Assembly: GCA_965223855.1 (NCBI GenBank)
Contig: CBDCXM010000009.1
Coordinates: forward strand, 2,816,001-2,880,000
From: Candidatus Multivoradales bacterium
GTDB lineage: Bacteria; Acidobacteriota; Thermoanaerobaculia; Multivoradales; JAHEKO01
DNA length: 64,000 bases
Reading direction: 5' to 3'
Every line of letters begins with the position of its first letter. Within the stretch, counting starts at the first letter, position 1. A program made the position numbers and the translations under genes. Positions 59,458 to 64,000 of the stretch are shown piece by piece. The notes beneath the pieces were generated by a model, which worked only from the letters and a program-made list of their open reading frames with translations, did no database searches and was not told where the DNA came from.

Positions 59458-60816
59458 TCACTCGCCTCCGGGCGTGTCGTCGCCGGCCGCGGCCTGCATC
59501 ACCCGGTCGACCTCGTCTTCGCTCGCGGGGATCTCGGCGCCGAGCGCCGCCGCCACCTTGCGCTGCTTGTCGAGGAATCCTTCGAGCAGGTCCTCGTCCT
59601 GCAGCGACTGGAGGGCGGTGACGCGACTCCAGGCGACCGGCCGCACCCGGGCACCCGAGCCCTCCGCGGACTCGACGTCGAGCAGGTGCTGGCCGATCGT
59701 CACAACCCAGGATCCTTCCTCGATGCCGCGCACCCCGGCGGCCCCGGAGCCGTCCGCGACGACGTCGACAGGCCGGAACTCGATCCTGCGCACGGTCTCG
59801 TCGGCCTCGCCGGTGGTGCCCTCCGGGGTCTCGAGGTCGGAGGCCTCGGTGACCAGAAACACCCCCTGTGCGTCGGAGGAGTCGTCGTTCCACACGGCCG
59901 CCAGCGGCACCAGCACCGCCTCACTGCTCTCACCGACCAGGATGCGTACGTTGACGAACATCCCGGGTCGCAAACCCGTCGCTCCCTCGTCGAGCTCGAT
60001 CTCGGCGGAAGAGGTGAAACTGCGCTCGTCGAGGAAGGGCGAGATGCGCGTCAGAGCGGCGCGTACCGGCTCGGCACTGCCGCTGCGCGGCTCGATCAGC
60101 ACCGTCATCCCCTCGGCGACCGCGGCGAGCATCGACTCGGGCAGGGTCACCTCCACCAGCAGTCGATCGAGATCCCCGGCGACGAAGAGCGGCGTCGAAG
60201 GATCGACCAGCATCCCCTCTTCGACCCGCCGATCGCCGATCCGGCCGGCGACGGGGGAGCGCACCACCGTCTTGGCGAGCTCCGAGCGTCGCTCTTCCGC
60301 GGTCGCCCGTGCCTGCTCGACGCCAGCCGCTTCCTCGGCGGCGCCCGCCTCGAGCGCGCGCAGCTGCGCCTCGAGCACTTCGAGCTCCTGCTCGCTGATC
60401 AGCTCCTCGCCGGCGAGCGCGCGGCTGCGCACCACGCGCGCCTCGTGCTCCGCCACCCGGGCGCGGGCGGCAGCCTCCGCCGCTTCCGCCAGCCGGACGT
60501 TCGCCTCCGCCTGCCGCAATCGCTCCTGCGGCTCCGTCGCTTCGAGGCGCACGAGTTCCTGCCCCTGCCGGACCGTCTCGCCTCCTCGCACCAGGACCCT
60601 CTCGACACGGGCGCTGATCTGCGGCCGGATTGTCACCTGGTTGCGCGCCCGAACCACGCCCGCCACCGTCTCGGCCCGCGGCAGAGCGCCGAAACGCGCC
60701 TGCACCGCTTCGACTAGGGGCGGCGGCGGTCCGGTCGCGGCGGGCTCCGAGCCGCCACAGGCCGCGAGCAGGCCGCCGAGGGCAGCGGTCAGAAAGAGCG
60801 AGCTGGGAAGGCGCAT
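59458..60816 (-). CDS. RND efflux periplasmic adaptor (MFP) lipoprotein
   Basis: Lipobox 'LLAAC'; 'VRSPVAGRIG', 'LRPGMFVNVRI'; directly upstream of the RND permease. Confidence 0.92.
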   Translation of the reverse strand: MRLPSSLFLTAALGGLLAACGGSEPAATGPPPPLVEAVQARFGALPRAETVAGVVRARNQVTIRPQISARVERVLVRGGETVRQGQELVRLEATEPQERLRQAEANVRLAEAAEAAARARVAEHEARVVRSRALAGEELISEQELEVLEAQLRALEAGAAEEAAGVEQARATAEERRSELAKTVVRSPVAGRIGDRRVEEGMLVDPSTPLFVAGDLDRLLVEVTLPESMLAAVAEGMTVLIEPRSGSAEPVRAALTRISPFLDERSFTSSAEIELDEGATGLRPGMFVNVRILVGESSEAVLVPLAAVWNDDSSDAQGVFLVTEASDLETPEGTTGEADETVRRIEFRPVDVVADGSGAAGVRGIEEGSWVVTIGQHLLDVESAEGSGARVRPVAWSRVTALQSLQDEDLLEGFLDKQRKVAAALGAEIPASEDEVDRVMQAAAGDDTPGGE

Positions 60817-61001
60817 TGGCGGTGTTCCTCCTCCGCCGCGACCGACGGTCTCGACGGGGTCAGAGTCTAGCGAATCGCGATGACGAGACCGTGGCGCTGC
60901 GCGCGGGTCGGTCCGATCGACCGGCTATGCAAACTTCTTCGCGGAAGCTCGGCGAACGGTTGCAGGGAAGTGAGGCGATCAGGAGGGGCTAGGATTCCGC
61001 C

Positions 61002-61523
61002 ATGGAGATCCACGCCATCGAGCCCTTCCTCGCCTACGCGGCGAGCGTGCGGCGCCGCACCCTGACCGTCGCCGACTGCATCCCGGCAGAGGCGATCGAA
61101 TGGACCTATCGCGACGGCAAGTTCACCTTCGGCGACATCCTGAGACACCTCGGCGCCCTCGAGCGCTACATGTTCGCCGAGAACGCGCTGGGCCGCCCCA
61201 GCAGCTACCCCGGCCACGGCGAAGAGCTGGCGAGCGGCTACGAGGAGGTCCGCGCCTACCTCGACCGCATGCGCGCAGAGACCGTCGAGCTCCTCGCCAC
61301 GCTGATGGCTGACGACCTCCGGCGCAGGTGCCGCACCCCGGCCGGCGCCGAGATCACCGTCTGGAAGTGGCTCCGCGCGATGATCGAGCACGAGGTGCAC
61401 CACCGCGGCCAGCTCTTCCTGTACCTCGCTTTGCTGGGGGAGTCGGCACCCCCGCTCTATGGGCTGACGGAGGAGGAGGTGGCGGCTAGAAGTTCACCTC
61501 CACGAGAGCCGAGAGGCCGATGA
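61002..61523 (+). CDS. DinB-family protein
   Basis: 'GKFTFGDILRHL..LERYMF','WKWLRAMIEHEVHHRGQ','PPLYGLT.EEV'. Confidence 0.9.
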   Translation: MEIHAIEPFLAYAASVRRRTLTVADCIPAEAIEWTYRDGKFTFGDILRHLGALERYMFAENALGRPSSYPGHGEELASGYEEVRAYLDRMRAETVELLATLMADDLRRRCRTPAGAEITVWKWLRAMIEHEVHHRGQLFLYLALLGESAPPLYGLTEEEVAARSSPPREPRGR

Positions 61524-62499
61524 AGGTGATCGAGCTCTCGTAGACGGCGTCGATGTCCGCGCTCGGGCGCACGCCGGGCGGCACCGAGACCCCGGCCCAG
61601 TGCGAGGCCGCGGCACCCAGCCCGAGCGACAGGCTGCGGCTTGCCTCGACCACCCACCGCAGCCGCAGGTCGGTGATCGGGATCGACACCGTCTCGCTGC
61701 GGGAGAAGGTCCTCTGAGTGAGGAAGTTCTGGTTCTCGTCGATGAACTCGCCCTCGAAGCCGGACTGGACCATCAGCAGGTCGGCATCGCCGAAGACGAT
61801 CGACTGGGCGATCTGCCCCTCGAAGCGCTGTCTGCCGCGAGTGGTCTCGACGGTTAGGCCGACCAGCGGCCCGTGCATCCGGCCGTAGTTGGAGAAGGCG
61901 TCGAAGAAGGTGCCGCCGACACCCTGGACTCCCACCGCCGCGTGGTAGTCGCTGTCGAAGTCGGCGCTGCGCACACCGAGCAGCCAGTGGCCCTTGCGGT
62001 CGCCGCTCGCGAATGCATCCCGCAGCGCGTAGAAGTCGAGCACCCAGGCGTTCATGTCGGTGTCGGGCTGCCGCTCGTAGTAGAGAACTTCGCCCGGGCC
62101 GGTCGAGCTGAACTCCGCTCCGGGCACGCGGTAGGTCACGACGTCCCCAGCGCCGGTCGCCACGTCGGTCCGAGCCCGGTTCTGCGCCCCCGTGAACCAG
62201 AAGAAGTCGACACCCCAGCCCCAGCGGCTGGAGCTGCGGTTGCGGCGGAAGTGCGCCTGATGTCCGACCCCGGAGTCGGTCTCGAGCGACACGGCGGTGG
62301 TGCCGCCGCTACCCGTGACGTCCAGCACGTGCGGGTCGTGCCCTCCGGCATCGATGAAGGTCGGCTCGATGCGGATGCGCCACGCTCGGTCCTCGGACGA
62401 GGTCTCGTCGTCCGAAGACACCACGAGGGGCGAGGCAAAGAGAATCACGAACAGGAAGGCGGTGCGGGTACCGGAACCGGGGCGGAACGGCGGGCGCAT
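61486..62499 (-). CDS. Outer-membrane beta-barrel (Lpg1974/BBP7-like porin)
   Basis: SD GAAAGGAG; signal peptide; amphipathic strands 'HWLLGVR','GPLVGL','LSLGLG'; terminal Phe 'VEVNF'. Confidence 0.7.
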   Translation of the reverse strand: MRPPFRPGSGTRTAFLFVILFASPLVVSSDDETSSEDRAWRIRIEPTFIDAGGHDPHVLDVTGSGGTTAVSLETDSGVGHQAHFRRNRSSSRWGWGVDFFWFTGAQNRARTDVATGAGDVVTYRVPGAEFSSTGPGEVLYYERQPDTDMNAWVLDFYALRDAFASGDRKGHWLLGVRSADFDSDYHAAVGVQGVGGTFFDAFSNYGRMHGPLVGLTVETTRGRQRFEGQIAQSIVFGDADLLMVQSGFEGEFIDENQNFLTQRTFSRSETVSIPITDLRLRWVVEASRSLSLGLGAAASHWAGVSVPPGVRPSADIDAVYESSITFIGLSALVEVNF

Positions 62500-62630
62500 G
62501 GAAATCTCCTTTCGAGAGTTGGATCTTTGGGAGGAGCCGTCCCGCAGATCGCGGGACGAGCGACCCTCTAAAGGAGTAGATGGCGCAGCAGGGTGAATCC
62601 TTCGCGCAAGGAATCGCTGCCGACCGCCGT

Positions 62631-63251
62631 TCAGGAGAGCAGCAGGTCGTTCCAGTCGCCGGCGCTGCCGGCGAAGAAGTCGAGATCGACGTCACCGGAG
62701 ACGCCGTCCACCCGACCCGACTGCGAGTGCTGCCAGAACGTCCACCGCTCCCACTCGCCCGGCGCCGAGGGCTCCGCATCCGTGTACTCGGCCAGCCACA
62801 GCGGATAGCGCGCGAGCCCGGTCGGCAGGTCGGCGGTGACGAATGCCTTGCCGCTGTAGAGGATCGGGGCTGCCCCGACCGCCTTCTCGACCGCGTCGAG
62901 CCACACCTGGACGTCACCTGTCAACGCCGCCGGGTCGACCCCCTCGGCGATCTCGACATCGAGCACCGGGGGAAGGTCGCCTGCCCCGGGCGTGACCACC
63001 GAAAGGAAGTGAGCCGCCTGGGCCGCGGCGTCCTCGTCCGGATGAAAGAAGTGATAGGCGCCCCGCACCACTCCCGCCGCCTTCATCTGCTGCCAGTTGG
63101 TGGCGAACTGTGTATCGACCGTGCGCAGTCCTTCAGTCGCCTTGGCGAACGCGAAGGTCACGCCGCTCGCCTTCACCTTCGGCCAATCCACCACGCCCTG
63201 GAAGTGGGAGACGTCGATACCGGAGAGGCGGGAGTCGTTGCTCGTCATCAT
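62631..63251 (-). CDS. GH25 muramidase (lysozyme M1)
   Basis: 'GIDVSHFQG','FAKATEG','GAYHFF','LPPVLDVE','LWLAEY','WTFWQHS..G.VDGVSGDVDLD.F'. Confidence 0.94.
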   Translation of the reverse strand: MMTSNDSRLSGIDVSHFQGVVDWPKVKASGVTFAFAKATEGLRTVDTQFATNWQQMKAAGVVRGAYHFFHPDEDAAAQAAHFLSVVTPGAGDLPPVLDVEIAEGVDPAALTGDVQVWLDAVEKAVGAAPILYSGKAFVTADLPTGLARYPLWLAEYTDAEPSAPGEWERWTFWQHSQSGRVDGVSGDVDLDFFAGSAGDWNDLLLS

Positions 63252-63301
63252 GATTCTCCAGCGAGGTAGGAACCAGGGGAGTGGAGGTCTGAGGGTTGAG
63301 A

Positions 63302-64000
63302 CTACCGTTGCGGAGCGGAGCCATGGCTCCAGGAGTCTCCTGTGCCGGCGATCCGCCGTTCGTTGCCTCCAAGGTCGTGCACCGCCAGATAGGGCACCGC
63401 ACCGAGCGCCTGCTCGAGTGCCTCGATGAAGCCCTCGAGATCGATGGCGAAGCGCCGGGCGGTTTCGCCCGGCTCTCCCGAGAGGTCGACCACCAGCGAC
63501 TCACCCAATCGCATCCGATCGACCACCTCCGAGCAACCCCAGCGCCCCGGACCCGCGAGCTCGAGCGGCGGCAGCGCATCGACCCGCACGGTCAGGGCCC
63601 GCTGCTGCACGTCGGCCAGAGACCGGCCGTCCCAGTAGACGACCAGGTTGCAGCCGCCCGGATCGAAGATCAGCGAGAAGGAGACGAGATCGGCGGCGAC
63701 CTGGCCATCGATGATCTCGGCAGCCGGCCCCACGATGCTGACCCGAAGCGAGCCGGAGGTCTCATCGATCATCGAACGCACCGCCCACGCCCCGATCGCG
63801 CTCTCAGCCGCCTGGATCAGCTGGTCGAGGGCGGCTTCCATGCCGCCGGCACGCACCGCGGCACGATCGATCGTCGAAAGGAGCGCCAGCGCCTCGTCCC
63901 TCTGCCCGGCGTTGAGCAGCAGCACCCCCAGCAGCAGCGCAGAGGAAGACGACTCGGGAGCGAGCTCGTGAGCCCTCCTGGCGTGTACCAGCGCCTCGTC
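63302..64000 (-). CDS. TPR-containing protein, 5' end outside the window
   Basis: Frame open to the window edge: DEALVHARRAHELAPESSSSALLLGVLLLNAGQRDEALALL (TPR-like). Confidence 0.65.
   Translation of the reverse strand, partial: DEALVHARRAHELAPESSSSALLLGVLLLNAGQRDEALALLSTIDRAAVRAGGMEAALDQLIQAAESAIGAWAVRSMIDETSGSLRVSIVGPAAEIIDGQVAADLVSFSLIFDPGGCNLVVYWDGRSLADVQQRALTVRVDALPPLELAGPGRWGCSEVVDRMRLGESLVVDLSGEPGETARRFAIDLEGFIEALEQALGAVPYLAVHDLGGNERRIAGTGDSWSHGSAPQR

Overview
High-GC (roughly 70% by eye) bacterial chromosomal window with about 50 densely packed genes. It comes from a diderm organism (LpxC, autotransporter, OM beta-barrels, RND pump). The C-terminal 'FADGFESGD..AWS' motif and the gene repertoire suggest Acidobacteriota (Thermoanaerobaculia-like); this is inference only. 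Housekeeping genes include purE, cstA, addAB, nagZ, sufT, ilvA/tdcB, ahcY with a SahR-like regulator, glnS, a fused E1 2-oxoacid dehydrogenase, and ABC and RND exporters. I found no rRNA, tRNA, CRISPR array, integrase or transposase. Most notable: (1) an NtrX-like receiver domain fused to an intact LpxC; (2) a secreted protein with archaeal-type pseudomurein-binding-repeat-like units, a transglutaminase-like fold and a GHL10-like glycosidase; (3) an FHA/phosphothreonine signalling locus with two bitopic proteins sharing an unnamed Cys-bracketed periplasmic domain, an HPD-less J-like domain, a Calx-beta autotransporter and an FHA-GAF-PP2C phosphatase; (4) a UxxC ArsC-family selenoprotein with a SECIS-like hairpin, truncated in the ORF track, next to DinB and YpdA; (5) a DUF2723 glycosyltransferase flanked by two alkaline-phosphatase-superfamily enzymes; (6) many apparently leaderless genes; (7) a 5-copy intergenic repeat. 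Several single-base frameshifts (purE, the ABC ATPase, the GHL10-like gene) look like long-read assembly errors. All domain calls are from motif recognition by eye; no searches were run.
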